64,000 nt of DNA from Yoonia sp. (GCA_965656885.1 CBFHME010000009.1:52931-116930), one strand, 5' to 3'. Shown: positions 40,239 through 49,887, counted from the stretch's first letter. Notes: a model not told the origin generated them from the letters alone. Program-made: numbers and translations.

Positions 40239-41000
40239 ATGCCGATGAAATCGATCATCGCCTACCTAGAGGCGATCACAAGTGCGGCCAGCGTCGAAGA
40301 TTTGTGGCTGCGGCACACAACCCATATGGCCGACTTTGGCTTTGACAGGTTGATCTATGGCTATACCCGTTACCGCACGACGTCATCGCTTGGCGATCCA
40401 CAAGATTGGGTGATCCTGACAAATCATTCGCAACCCTATGTCGAACAATTCTTGGGCGAAGGCATGTTGCAAAACGCCCCGATGGTGCGGTGGGCCGTTG
40501 AAAACAGCGGCGCGTGTAGTTGGCGTTGGCTGCAAGACATGGAACGGAGCGGCGACCTGACTGCAAACGAACAAAAGGTGGTCGATTTTAATCGCTCCAT
40601 GAACGTGACTGCTGGCTATACGATCAGCTTCAAATCCGTGTCGGTACGCACCAAAGCAGCCATCGCCTTGACCGCACGCCCCGGCATCAGCCAAGACGCC
40701 GTCGAAGAAATCTGGGACCGCCACGGCGATGAATTGATCGTGGCCAATAACGTCATGCACCTCAAATTGCTGACATTGCCCTATTCGGGTGAACGGCAAC
40801 TGACCAAACGCCAGAAAGAGGTACTTCAATGGGTTGGTGATGGCAAAACCACCCAAGACATCGCCGTCTTGCTGGAACTGACGCCAGCCACGATTGAAAA
40901 ACATCTGCGCCTTGCCAGAGAGGCATTGGATGTCGAAACAACGGCCCAAGCAGTGCTCAAATCCGCCTTTTACAACCAGATGTTCGTCGTAGATGCCTAA
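40239..41000 (+). CDS. LuxR-family transcriptional regulator with N-terminal autoinducer-binding-type domain (solo; no luxI in window)
   Basis: C-terminal HTH LTKRQKEVLQWVGDGKTTQDIAVLLELTPATIEKHL. The N-terminal ~170 aa has a LuxR/TraR-like layout (FGFDRLIYGY..., ...AGYTISF...). ATG 40239 is preceded by an AAAGGGGA SD. Confidence 0.8.
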   Translation: MPMKSIIAYLEAITSAASVEDLWLRHTTHMADFGFDRLIYGYTRYRTTSSLGDPQDWVILTNHSQPYVEQFLGEGMLQNAPMVRWAVENSGACSWRWLQDMERSGDLTANEQKVVDFNRSMNVTAGYTISFKSVSVRTKAAIALTARPGISQDAVEEIWDRHGDELIVANNVMHLKLLTLPYSGERQLTKRQKEVLQWVGDGKTTQDIAVLLELTPATIEKHLRLAREALDVETTAQAVLKSAFYNQMFVVDA

Positions 41001-41182
41001 TTACTTCCGTCTCGTGGTCTCATTTTCCACCGGCCGTTAACCCTAGGCAACACCAGCTTTCAGAATTGAGAGATTATTCTTTATAAAGCGATTAAGTTCA
41101 TTCGTTTTTTCGGCATCTTTAACAATTATATTTTTTAGGAGTGTAGAAGGAAGTTTTTAAAGGTATCGCCTTTCTCACCGTA

Positions 41183-41530
41183 TTGGCGGCATGCCAAACC
41201 ACAGCGGACTCACCTGCAATGGAAGCCCCGAAAAGTCTTAGTTTTGCCAGTTTCGTGGGCAAAACGATAACCTTTTCTGGCAAGGGTCTGTTTAGCGGCA
41301 AGCCGTTTGAAAACAGCCAAGTCATACAACGTTGTTCTGATGCGCCATCGGGTCTTTGCCATGGCGAAAGCTGGATCGCTGAGGATGGCCGCATCACATA
41401 CTATCTTGATGACGGCAATCACTGGGTCGCAGTGGTCGATAATGGCGGTAAAATAGGGGCGACGCATGGTTTTACAGACAAGGATGGAAACGTCCAAGTC
41501 ACAAAAAAAATCAATGTCACCATCCAGTAG
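41183..41530 (+). CDS. small hypothetical protein, probable lipoprotein with unresolved start
   Basis: 115-aa ORF starting at TTG 41183. A lipobox L-A-A-C sits exactly at the called start. The in-frame upstream codons (41147-41182) encode a signal-peptide-like KEVFKGIAFLTV but contain no canonical start. Confidence 0.45.
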   Translation: MAACQTTADSPAMEAPKSLSFASFVGKTITFSGKGLFSGKPFENSQVIQRCSDAPSGLCHGESWIAEDGRITYYLDDGNHWVAVVDNGGKIGATHGFTDKDGNVQVTKKINVTIQ

Positions 41531-41533
41531 GAT

Positions 41534-41568
41534 AAAAAAAACCCGCGCAAATCAATGCGCGGGTTTTC
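41534..41568. terminator. bidirectional intrinsic terminator between the small ORF and tsf
   Basis: The layout is A8 - ACCCGCGCA (41541-41549) - 6-nt loop - TGCGCGGGT (41556-41564) - TTT. The minus strand (tsf) sees a U8 tail and the plus strand a U4 tail. Confidence 0.85.
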
Positions 41569-41584
41569 AAATATTTTATCTGGC

Positions 41585-42457
41585 TTAGCTGTTCATTTTT
41601 GCAACTTCAGCTGCGAAATCTTCTTTTTCGACTTCGATGCCTTCGCCAACTTCAAGACGCACATAACCAGTGATTTCAACGCCAGCCTCAGCAGCAGCCG
41701 CGGCCACTGTCAGGTCTGGGTTCACAACGAACTGCTGGTTCAGCAATGTGACTTCGGCCATGTATTTCTTCATACGACCAACGATCATTTTCTCGATCAC
41801 TGCTTCTGGCTTGCCGGACTCGCGGGCGATGTCCATTTGCACTGTCTTTTCCTTCTCGACCACGGCTGGGTCAAGATCGGCCTCGGACAAGGACGCAGGG
41901 TTTGCAGCCGCGATGTGCATTGCAACCTGACGGCCAAACGCTTCGTTGTCGCCAGACAATGCAACCAGAACGCCGATGTTACCCATGCCAGGTGCAGCAG
42001 CGTTGTGCACATAGTTCACAACAGATGCGCCCTCAACAGTCGCCATGCGGCGAACGGACATGTTTTCGCCGATGATCGCAACAGCGTCTGTCACAGTCTG
42101 CTCAACAGTTTTGCCGTCCATGTCAGCAGCTTTCAGGCCGTCAACATCAGAAGTGCCAAGCGCGATTTCCGCAATGCCAGCAACCATTTTCTGGAAGTCA
42201 GCGTTTTTCGCAACAAAGTCGGTCTCGGAGTTGACTTCAACAGCCACACCTTTGCCACCGGACACTGCAACAGCCACAAGGCCCTCAGCAGCTGTACGGC
42301 CAGATTTCTTTGCAGCTTTGGCCAGACCTTTGGTGCGCAGCCAGTCAACGGATGCTTCCATGTCGCCATTGTTTTCGGTCAACGCTTTTTTCGCGTCCAT
42401 CATGCCTGCGCCTGTGCTGTCGCGCAGTTCTTTTACCATTGCAGCGGTAATTGCCAT
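41585..42457 (-). CDS. tsf: translation elongation factor Ts
   Basis: 290 aa. [26 protein letters not shown] is the canonical EF-Ts N-terminus. It lies downstream of rpsB. Confidence 0.97.
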   Translation of the reverse strand: MAITAAMVKELRDSTGAGMMDAKKALTENNGDMEASVDWLRTKGLAKAAKKSGRTAAEGLVAVAVSGGKGVAVEVNSETDFVAKNADFQKMVAGIAEIALGTSDVDGLKAADMDGKTVEQTVTDAVAIIGENMSVRRMATVEGASVVNYVHNAAAPGMGNIGVLVALSGDNEAFGRQVAMHIAAANPASLSEADLDPAVVEKEKTVQMDIARESGKPEAVIEKMIVGRMKKYMAEVTLLNQQFVVNPDLTVAAAAAEAGVEITGYVRLEVGEGIEVEKEDFAAEVAKMNS

Positions 42458-42540
42458 GTCATTTCTCCATCTGAGGAAATTGAATTGGTTGGGGCAAGGG
42501 TTTGATCCCCTGCCCCGTCATCAAGTGCCAAAAGCAGTGC

Positions 42541-43308
42541 TTATTCAGCAGCGGCTTCTTCTGCGACAACTTCTTCGGCCAGATCTTCCATGGCGCCCAT
42601 GTCAACGCCAGCTGCACCCAGCTGTGCTTGCATGCCGTCAAGTGCCGCGCGTGCAGCCAGATCAGTGTAAAGTGCGATTGCACGTGCCGCGTCGTCGTTG
42701 CCTGGGATCACATAGTCAACGCCATCTGGGGAACAGTTGGTGTCAACGATCGCCACAACTGGAATGCCCAGCTTCTTGGCTTCTGCGATGGCCAGATCCT
42801 CTTTGTTCACGTCGATGACGAAAATCAGATCAGGTACGCCGCCCATTTCGCGGATGCCGCCCAAGGACGCTTGCAGTTTGCCCTGCTCACGTTCCATGCC
42901 AAGGCGTTCTTTCTTGGTCAGGCCAGCGAAACCATTGTCGGATGCCTCGTCAATCGCCTTGAGGCGGTTGATAGACTGGGACACGGTCTGCCAGTTGGTC
43001 AGTGTGCCGCCGAGCCAACGGTGGTTCATGTAATATTGTGCGCAACGCTCTGCGGCGTCTGCAACAGGCTTGGCTGCCTGACGCTTGGTGCCGACGAACA
43101 GGATGCGGCCGCCTTTTGCGACTGTGTCACGGATGACGTTCAACGCTTGGTCCAGCATTGGAACTGTCTGTGTCAGGTCCATGATGTGGATGCCGTTGCG
43201 GCTGCCGTAAATGTAGTTTTGCATCTTTGGGTTCCAGCGCGCTGTCTGGTGGCCAAAGTGAACGCCAGCTTCCAAAAGCTGACGCATGGAGAACTCGGGA
43301 AGAGCCAT
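42541..43308 (-). CDS. rpsB: 30S ribosomal protein S2
   Basis: The start is taken at ATG 43308 ([29 protein letters not shown]), the canonical S2 N-terminus. Confidence 0.97.
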   Translation of the reverse strand: MALPEFSMRQLLEAGVHFGHQTARWNPKMQNYIYGSRNGIHIMDLTQTVPMLDQALNVIRDTVAKGGRILFVGTKRQAAKPVADAAERCAQYYMNHRWLGGTLTNWQTVSQSINRLKAIDEASDNGFAGLTKKERLGMEREQGKLQASLGGIREMGGVPDLIFVIDVNKEDLAIAEAKKLGIPVVAIVDTNCSPDGVDYVIPGNDDAARAIALYTDLAARAALDGMQAQLGAAGVDMGAMEDLAEEVVAEEAAAE

Positions 43309-43507
43309 GTCTGTATTCCTTTTCCGGTTTAACCTTGAGCGGGGGTATCGACGCGACTGCGCCAACCGGTGGACATATTGGGATTTCTCCCCAACAGGCC
43401 CGCCCCCGCTTGGGGATTTCGTAGGCGTCCATTAGCGGGGGTTTGTCAGTGTTGCAAGCCTTTGGAGCCTCCGGCGGGAGTATTTTTCCAAAAAGCGAGG
43501 CGGTTTT

Positions 43508-44878
43508 TTACAAGAATACCCGCTCAATGACCCAATATGCCCCAACTGTCGCAATCGCGAGGGATGCAGGGATCGCCACGATGCGGCGATACGAGTCGAT
43601 TTTGTCGCGAAACTGGATCGACGCAAGGCAAAGCAGGAAGATGCCCAACAGCGGCGCGGCAAAGACCCAAGTCGGCCCTTCGATCAAGGCTTGCAGCGAT
43701 GTTGGGTTCAGATACATCAACACGCCCGCAACAGCCGCCAACACGAGGTAAAGCGCCTTGCCTTGGGACGCCTCGTTGGCGCCACGGTCAACGCGCAGTG
43801 CCTGCCAAACACACAAGAACATCACGGCAATGACCGCAAGTTGACCCACCTCAACACCGATATTGAAGCCGATCAATGCGGGGACAAATGCGCTTTCTGG
43901 CAGGCCGAATTCTGCCAATACGGATGCAAAGCCAAGCCCGTGCAACAAGCCAAAGCCAAAGATGATCACAGGACGCCACGGCGACAGGTTTTTCATAAAG
44001 ATGTTTTCGACAGCAACATAGACGATTGATGCGGCGATCAAAGGTTCAACAATCGCGCCGGGCACAGTGACATACCCCAACGCGGCCAACGCCAAAGTAA
44101 TTGTGTGGGCCAACGTGAAAAGCGACACTTGCGTAATCAATGGACGCATCCGCGCCGACAGGAAAAACAGCCCCAAGACGAACAGGATGTGGTCCAACCC
44201 TTTGGGCACGATATGGTCAAAACCGATCGGGATATAGCGCAGGAAAGTCTGCCAACCTGTGGCCTGATCCCCGCCCGCCAATGTGATCGGGTCAGACAAG
44301 CTGCCTGCTTCCAAATAGCCGTCATAGGGCGCATCGACACCCATCTGGCGCAGAACCAGCACGCCAAATTCGGACGCCCAGCCAACCTGCACAGATGTTG
44401 TGTCCGCAGGGATAGGCGCGCTGAAAGACAAACGCGATGCACGCACAACTTCAACATCGCCAATCGCGTCGACCACAATGTTCGGGTTTTCGGGGGTCAC
44501 AGCAACACCATCGGCAAGGATGGTCATTTTGTCAGCCATCGTGGGCCAAAATGCGTCGAAACGCGCCGACAATTCCGCAGGCGGCAGCGCGCGCAGGGCA
44601 TCATAATCGTCCGCTTGCGGGGCCGCATTGGTATCCAAAACCTCTGTCTGGTCGATACCCGCGATAAAGCTTTCGATATTCAGGCGCAGATCAAATGTCA
44701 GGCTGTCACCCTCTTTTGTCATATCCGCGATGGATGGCAGCACCTCGTGGGCGGTGGCTGATGACAGGGTCGTGATCCAGATCGCGAACGCGCTTGACAA
44801 CAGGCGGACAAAAGACAGTTTGGAGGTAACAGAAAAGGACGATGACATGCGGAAACTAGCTTTCATTTTTGGTCTCAT
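43508..44878 (-). CDS. HupE/UreJ-family membrane protein with N-terminal periplasmic domain (putative Ni/Co uptake)
   Basis: A signal peptide ending SSATA-HE is followed by a ~200-aa soluble domain, then six TM helices with GFDHIVPKGLDHILFVLGL and LHGLGFA motifs typical of HupE/UreJ_2. The start is ambiguous (44878, 44866 or 44848). Confidence 0.7.
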   Translation of the reverse strand: MRPKMKASFRMSSSFSVTSKLSFVRLLSSAFAIWITTLSSATAHEVLPSIADMTKEGDSLTFDLRLNIESFIAGIDQTEVLDTNAAPQADDYDALRALPPAELSARFDAFWPTMADKMTILADGVAVTPENPNIVVDAIGDVEVVRASRLSFSAPIPADTTSVQVGWASEFGVLVLRQMGVDAPYDGYLEAGSLSDPITLAGGDQATGWQTFLRYIPIGFDHIVPKGLDHILFVLGLFFLSARMRPLITQVSLFTLAHTITLALAALGYVTVPGAIVEPLIAASIVYVAVENIFMKNLSPWRPVIIFGFGLLHGLGFASVLAEFGLPESAFVPALIGFNIGVEVGQLAVIAVMFLCVWQALRVDRGANEASQGKALYLVLAAVAGVLMYLNPTSLQALIEGPTWVFAAPLLGIFLLCLASIQFRDKIDSYRRIVAIPASLAIATVGAYWVIERVFL

Positions 44879-45644
44879 TGCGGCGCCGGTCAGCGCCCAT
44901 GAATTCTGGATCGAGCCACTGGCCTATCAGATCGAGCCGGAAGTTAATATGACAGCGCATATTGTCAACGGACAAGATTTTGAAGGCATCGAATTGCCGT
45001 TTGTCCCGCAGCGATTTGTCCACTTTCTTGCAGCCGCTGACGGTCAAATCGTCAACGTCGAAAGCCGCACAGGTGACACCCCTGCGGTCAACCAACCAAG
45101 CGTCGCGACTGGATTGAATGTGCTGGCTGTGCAAGCCCGCAACGCCACCGTCGACTATGAAAACTGGGAAAAGTTCCAAAAGTTTCTGGACCACAAAGAT
45201 CTTGGCGATGTGAAAGCCAATCACGAAGAACGCGGCCATCCGGTTGAAAACTTCAAAGAAGTCTATTCGCGCTATTCCAAGACGTTAATCGGTGTCGGCG
45301 ACGCGGCGGGTGCAGACACACGGCTGGGTCTGACGACCGAGATTGTGGCACTGGCAAATCCTTACACCGATGATTTGTCGGGCGGTATGCGGGTGCAGGT
45401 GTTCTATAACAATGATGCGCGCGCCGATGAACAGGTCGAGGTCTTTGAGAAGTCCGCCGACGACAGCGTCACCATCTTTACCGTGCGCACCGACGCTGAC
45501 GGGATTGCCACTGTGCCCGTGAAATCAGGCCATTCGTATATGCTGGATGCGGTTGTGCTACGTGAACCTGGCGCACAGCTTGCCGCTGATACGGGTGCGG
45601 CCTGGGAAACGCTTTGGGCGAATATGACTTTCATGGCGCCCTGA
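44847..45644 (+). CDS. DUF4198-type periplasmic metal-binding protein (NikM/CbiK-like)
   Basis: The start is taken at ATG 44847 (MRKLAFIFGLIAAPVSA-HEFWIEP). The mature N-terminal HEFW is the family hallmark. 265 aa. Confidence 0.75.
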   Translation: MRKLAFIFGLIAAPVSAHEFWIEPLAYQIEPEVNMTAHIVNGQDFEGIELPFVPQRFVHFLAAADGQIVNVESRTGDTPAVNQPSVATGLNVLAVQARNATVDYENWEKFQKFLDHKDLGDVKANHEERGHPVENFKEVYSRYSKTLIGVGDAAGADTRLGLTTEIVALANPYTDDLSGGMRVQVFYNNDARADEQVEVFEKSADDSVTIFTVRTDADGIATVPVKSGHSYMLDAVVLREPGAQLAADTGAAWETLWANMTFMAP

Positions 45645-45681
45645 CTTGCGCAGGCGGGCCAGTTTCGCCACAACCACGGGT

Positions 45682-46575
45682 ATGACACAACAACCTGACA
45701 TTCTTTGCATTGGCTCCGTCCTTTGGGACGTGATTGGCCGAAGTGCCAGCCACATGCGCGTGGGCTCTGACGTGCCGGGGCGGATCACGCGATTGCCTGG
45801 CGGGGTTGCGATGAACATTGCAATGACCTTGCGCCGCTTTGGGATGCACCCTGCCCTGTTATCGGCCATTGGGCGCGACACCGAAGGCGATGAATTGGTG
45901 GATGAGGCACAGCGCATGGGCCTGATCTGTGACTACCTGTATCGGTCTGATGATCTGCCCACAGATGTCTATATGGCGATTGAGGGGGCCAACGGATTGA
46001 TCGCCGCCATTGCAGACGCCCATTCGCTCGAAGCCGCGGGTGAAAAGGTGTTGCGCCCACTGGCATCGGGCCAGCTTGGGTCAGAACAAACACCTTATAA
46101 CGGGCCTGTCGCACTGGACGGCAACCTGACAGAAGACCTGTTGCGCACCATTGCGTCATCACCCCTGTTTGCGCAGTCCGATCTGCGCGTCGCACCTGCG
46201 TCGCCTGGCAAGGCCGCCCGCTTGCTCGCCCTGATGGGGCATCCGACAGCCACGCTTTATGTGAACCTCGAAGAAGCAGGATTGCTTTGCCAAACTGAAT
46301 TTTCGTCGTCAGAGACTGCCGCCGATGGTCTTTTGACACGTGGCGCGCACCGTGTGCTGGTCACGGACGGGGGCAATGCCGCCGCCGAGGGCACAGCGGG
46401 CAACATCATCACCCACACGCCCCCCGCCGTGATGGTCACGCGCGTGACTGGCGCTGGCGACACGTTCATGGCCGCCCACATCGCATCAGAAGCCCAAGGC
46501 ATGACCCGCCAAGACGCCCTACAGCGCGCATCAAACGCTGCAGCCACCTACGTTTCAGGAGAGACCCCATTATGA
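45682..46575 (+). CDS. psuK: PfkB-family carbohydrate kinase, probable pseudouridine kinase
   Basis: N-terminal ILCIGSVLWDVIG and the C-terminal anion-hole motif TGAGDTFMAAH. It forms an ATGA overlap with psuG. Confidence 0.7.
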   Translation: MTQQPDILCIGSVLWDVIGRSASHMRVGSDVPGRITRLPGGVAMNIAMTLRRFGMHPALLSAIGRDTEGDELVDEAQRMGLICDYLYRSDDLPTDVYMAIEGANGLIAAIADAHSLEAAGEKVLRPLASGQLGSEQTPYNGPVALDGNLTEDLLRTIASSPLFAQSDLRVAPASPGKAARLLALMGHPTATLYVNLEEAGLLCQTEFSSSETAADGLLTRGAHRVLVTDGGNAAAEGTAGNIITHTPPAVMVTRVTGAGDTFMAAHIASEAQGMTRQDALQRASNAAATYVSGETPL

Positions 46576-47489
46576 CCGTGCCAATGGTATTCAGCGCCGA
46601 AGTCGCCGCCGCCCGCACAGCGGGAAAACCGATTGTCGCCCTTGAAAGCACGATCATCACCCACGGCATGCCATTTCCGCAAAACGTGGAAACCGCGCGG
46701 ATCGTCGAACAAGATGTGCGCGATAACGGGGCCGTTCCGGCCACGATTGCTGTGATGAACGGCACGCTGCATGTGGGGTTAGAGACGGATCAACTCGACA
46801 GCCTTGGCCAAGCGTCAGATGTCGCCAAACTGTCCCGCGCGGATATGGCGGCCTGTATTGCCACAGGCGGCACCGGGGCCACAACGGTTGCGGCCACAAT
46901 GATTGCGGCGCATTTGGCGGACATCCATGTCTTCGCCACAGGCGGGATTGGCGGTGTGCATCGCGGCGCAGAACACAGCTTTGACATTTCGGCAGACTTG
47001 CACGAATTGGCGCAAACGCCGGTCACAGTGGTTGCAGCCGGGGCCAAGGCGATCCTTGATCTGGAAAAAACATTCGAAGTTCTTGAAACGCTTGGCGTGC
47101 CCGTCATCGCCTATGGCCAAGACACCCTGCCCGCGTTTTGGTCTGCCACATCCCATATGACCGCCCCGCTGTGTATGGATTCCGCGACTGACATCGCTCA
47201 GGCGCAGATCATGCGCACGGCCATGGGCTTGTCCGGCGGGCAGCTGGTCTGCAACCCGATCCCGCAAGACGCGCAGATCCCCGCAGACGTGCTTGCACCT
47301 GTGATCGTCCAAGCACTGGCCGAGGCCGATGCCCAATCCATCAGCGCAAAAGCCGTTACACCGTTTCTGCTTGGGCGGATTTTTGAATTGACCAACGGAC
47401 GTTCTTTGACCGCAAATATCGCACTGGTTCGAAATAATGCTGCATTAGCGGCCAAAATCGCGGAACAGATCGCCAATAAGCGCGTTTAA
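46572..47489 (+). CDS. psuG: pseudouridine-5'-phosphate glycosidase
   Basis: IVALESTIITHGMPFPQN and TGGIGGVHRGAE..FDISADL are hallmark PsuG (IndA family) segments. Confidence 0.92.
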   Translation: MTVPMVFSAEVAAARTAGKPIVALESTIITHGMPFPQNVETARIVEQDVRDNGAVPATIAVMNGTLHVGLETDQLDSLGQASDVAKLSRADMAACIATGGTGATTVAATMIAAHLADIHVFATGGIGGVHRGAEHSFDISADLHELAQTPVTVVAAGAKAILDLEKTFEVLETLGVPVIAYGQDTLPAFWSATSHMTAPLCMDSATDIAQAQIMRTAMGLSGGQLVCNPIPQDAQIPADVLAPVIVQALAEADAQSISAKAVTPFLLGRIFELTNGRSLTANIALVRNNAALAAKIAEQIANKRV

Positions 47490-47547
47490 CCTTGTGGCAG
47501 CGGTGCTTTTACCTAGATAAAAACAGCACCCAACAGGACGACGGACA

Positions 47548-48264
47548 ATGGATCAATTTTCAATAGACGGCAAAAAGATCCGGCGTGGTCTTGTGACGCG
47601 ATTGCGGTCTAACTTTTTAGCCGGCCTAATCATCGTCGCACCGATTGGCCTGACGCTTTATCTGATTTGGACAGTTGTGGGGTGGATCGACAGCTGGGTC
47701 TGGCCGTTTGTCCCAGATGCTTATCAACCAGAACAACTTGTAAACCGCTTCTTCCGCGCTGACGGTGCAGACTGGATCAACGTCAATGTACGCGGGTTCG
47801 GCGTCGTCATATTCCTGATCTTCACGATGATTGTGGGCTGGGTTGGCAAGGGTATTCTGGGGCGATCATTTCTGCGCTGGGGCGAAAACTTGGTCGACCG
47901 GATGCCGGTCGTGCGCTCCATCTACAATGGCGTAAAGCAGATCGCGGAAACTGTTTTTTCCCAACGCGACACGTCGTTCGATAAGGCCTGCCTGATCGAA
48001 TATCCGCGCAAGGGGATCTGGGCCATCGCCTTTATCTCGACCGAAGCCAAAGGCGAAGTCCGCAAGAAAATCACAGGTGCGGATGACATCACGACTGTCT
48101 TTTTGCCCACCACGCCCAACCCGACATCAGGCTTCCTGTTGTTCTTGCCAAAAAGCGATGTGAAACCGCTTGATATGTCTGTTGAGGATGCCGCGAAACT
48201 CGTCATTTCCGCAGGGCTTGTTTACCCCAACAGCAAAGACCCAACACAACCACCTGCCCCATGA
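47548..48264 (+). CDS. DUF502 domain-containing membrane protein
   Basis: 238 aa with two N-terminal TM helices and conserved segments (P.VRSIYNGVKQI, TTPNPTSGF) typical of DUF502. Confidence 0.8.
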   Translation: MDQFSIDGKKIRRGLVTRLRSNFLAGLIIVAPIGLTLYLIWTVVGWIDSWVWPFVPDAYQPEQLVNRFFRADGADWINVNVRGFGVVIFLIFTMIVGWVGKGILGRSFLRWGENLVDRMPVVRSIYNGVKQIAETVFSQRDTSFDKACLIEYPRKGIWAIAFISTEAKGEVRKKITGADDITTVFLPTTPNPTSGFLLFLPKSDVKPLDMSVEDAAKLVISAGLVYPNSKDPTQPPAP

Positions 48265-48863
48265 TCGGGCCGGCCGCGACTGGCTTTGTCACTGCCTTCA
48301 CGTTAATCTTGGCCATTGGCGCGCAAAATGCATTTGTATTGCGGCAGGGTTTGGCAAAACAGCATGTTTTCTGGCTGTGTCTACTTTGCGCTGTGTCCGA
48401 TGCCGCACTGATCACCGCAGGGGTTTTGGGTTTCTCCGCCATTACGCAAAAGATGCCGATGTTGCCGCAAATCATGGCGATTGGCGGCGCAGCATTTCTG
48501 TTTGTATACGGGGGTTTACGGCTTTGGGCGGCCTATATTGGCGACTACGCCATGCAATTGTCTGGTGTGTCAGCGGGGCTTTGGACCACGTTGGCAACGG
48601 GGGCTGCATTCACCTGGCTCAACCCGCATGTCTACCTTGATACGCTGGGGCTGATCGGGGCAATATCCACCCAATACGACTTGAACAGCGACCGCCATCT
48701 CTTTGGAATTGGGGCGGTTTTATCGTCGTTCGTCTTTTTCTTTAGCCTTGGATACGGTGCGCGATTGCTGGCACCTGTTATGCAATCAGCCCGCGCTTGG
48801 CGTATTTTGGATGTGCTCATCGGGCTGGTGATGTGGGCGCTGGCGATCAAGCTGATCAGTTAA
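48261..48863 (+). CDS. LysE/ArgO family amino acid exporter
   Basis: 200 aa with six TM segments. The N-terminal sequence GAQNAFVLRQGL is typical of ArgO/LysE. Confidence 0.85.
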   Translation: MIGPAATGFVTAFTLILAIGAQNAFVLRQGLAKQHVFWLCLLCAVSDAALITAGVLGFSAITQKMPMLPQIMAIGGAAFLFVYGGLRLWAAYIGDYAMQLSGVSAGLWTTLATGAAFTWLNPHVYLDTLGLIGAISTQYDLNSDRHLFGIGAVLSSFVFFFSLGYGARLLAPVMQSARAWRILDVLIGLVMWALAIKLIS

Positions 48864-49887
48864 ACATCGCGTCCAAGTCAACCGAGGATCGTTGATTCAG
48901 GTCACTGCGATGATCAGCCAAAAACCGATCAGCCGCCGCACGACCCGCATCCCGAAGTCGGTTTAACAACACCGGTGAAGGCACTGTTTTTGTTGCCACA
49001 TTCAAAACGTTCATCAACTCATCATCAGCAATCATATGCACCAGCACGTCTTTCATCGCGCCCTTAGGCATTGATCCCGCACCAATCAAACGCTTCACAA
49101 AATCAATCGCACGCAATTCACGCAACAACGAAGAGTTGAAGCTGATCTCGTTGATCCGATTTTGAATGGCTTGGCTGTCCTTGGGCAATTCTTCGCGGTA
49201 CAAAGGGTTGATATTCACGATCAACACATCTTGGGGCAAGTGCGGCGCAAACAACGGGAATAACGCCGGATTCCCCGTATAGCCACCATCCCAGAATGCC
49301 TCGATCTTGCCCGTCTGGGGGTCTTCCATCTCGACCGCTTGGAACAACGTGGGTAAACACGCACTGGCCATGATCGCCTGTGGTGTAATCTCGGCCCCCG
49401 TAAACACCCTGATTTTGCCAGATCGCACGTTGGTCGCACAAATATGCACCTCTGGCCCTGCATCGCCGCAGATGTCGTCAAAATGCAGCTTGTTCAGGAT
49501 ATTTTCCAACGGGTTGCGCATCGCGGGGCCGTAAACATAGGGCGACAGGCTGCGCTGCATCACATCAATGGCCGTAAACATCGGGGATAATTCCAACGAT
49601 TTCGCCATGATCGACGTTGTGGGCGACAATGCCGCCAACCACCCCGAAATGGCGTCATCACCAACGGCGCCGACCTGTTCCCAGACCCAAGCAAGGTTCT
49701 CGCGCGCGCCCTCTCGCCCGCCCGACACCAGCCCCGCCTTAAGCGCAGCAGCATTCAACGCCCCCGCGGACGTGCCAGATACAGATGCAATCTCAATGCC
49801 GTCGTCCTCTAGAATACGGTCAAGCACGCCCCATGTGAACGCGCCATGCGCCCCACCGCCCTGTAGGGCCAGATTGATCTTGATCAC
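48856..49887 (-). CDS. patatin-like phospholipase family protein
   Basis: Oxyanion motif LQGGGAHGAF and the nucleophile elbow GTSAG. The GTG start at 49887 forms a GTGA overlap with the bdhA stop. Confidence 0.85.
   Translation of the reverse strand: MIKINLALQGGGAHGAFTWGVLDRILEDDGIEIASVSGTSAGALNAAALKAGLVSGGREGARENLAWVWEQVGAVGDDAISGWLAALSPTTSIMAKSLELSPMFTAIDVMQRSLSPYVYGPAMRNPLENILNKLHFDDICGDAGPEVHICATNVRSGKIRVFTGAEITPQAIMASACLPTLFQAVEMEDPQTGKIEAFWDGGYTGNPALFPLFAPHLPQDVLIVNINPLYREELPKDSQAIQNRINEISFNSSLLRELRAIDFVKRLIGAGSMPKGAMKDVLVHMIADDELMNVLNVATKTVPSPVLLNRLRDAGRAAADRFLADHRSDLNQRSSVDLDAMFN

Noticed and set aside
41555-43332. Long plus-strand ORFs (41555..42505, 42045..42818, 42502..43332)
   Set aside because: They are antisense to tsf and rpsB, two unmistakable housekeeping genes. 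Their composition is low-complexity and Cys/His/Phe-rich, typical of shadow ORFs in GC-rich DNA.
47495-47530. Imperfect hairpin GGTGCT...AGCACC after psuG as a terminator
   Set aside because: It has only a 6-bp outer stem with a 17-nt loop and no downstream T-tract, which is too weak to call.
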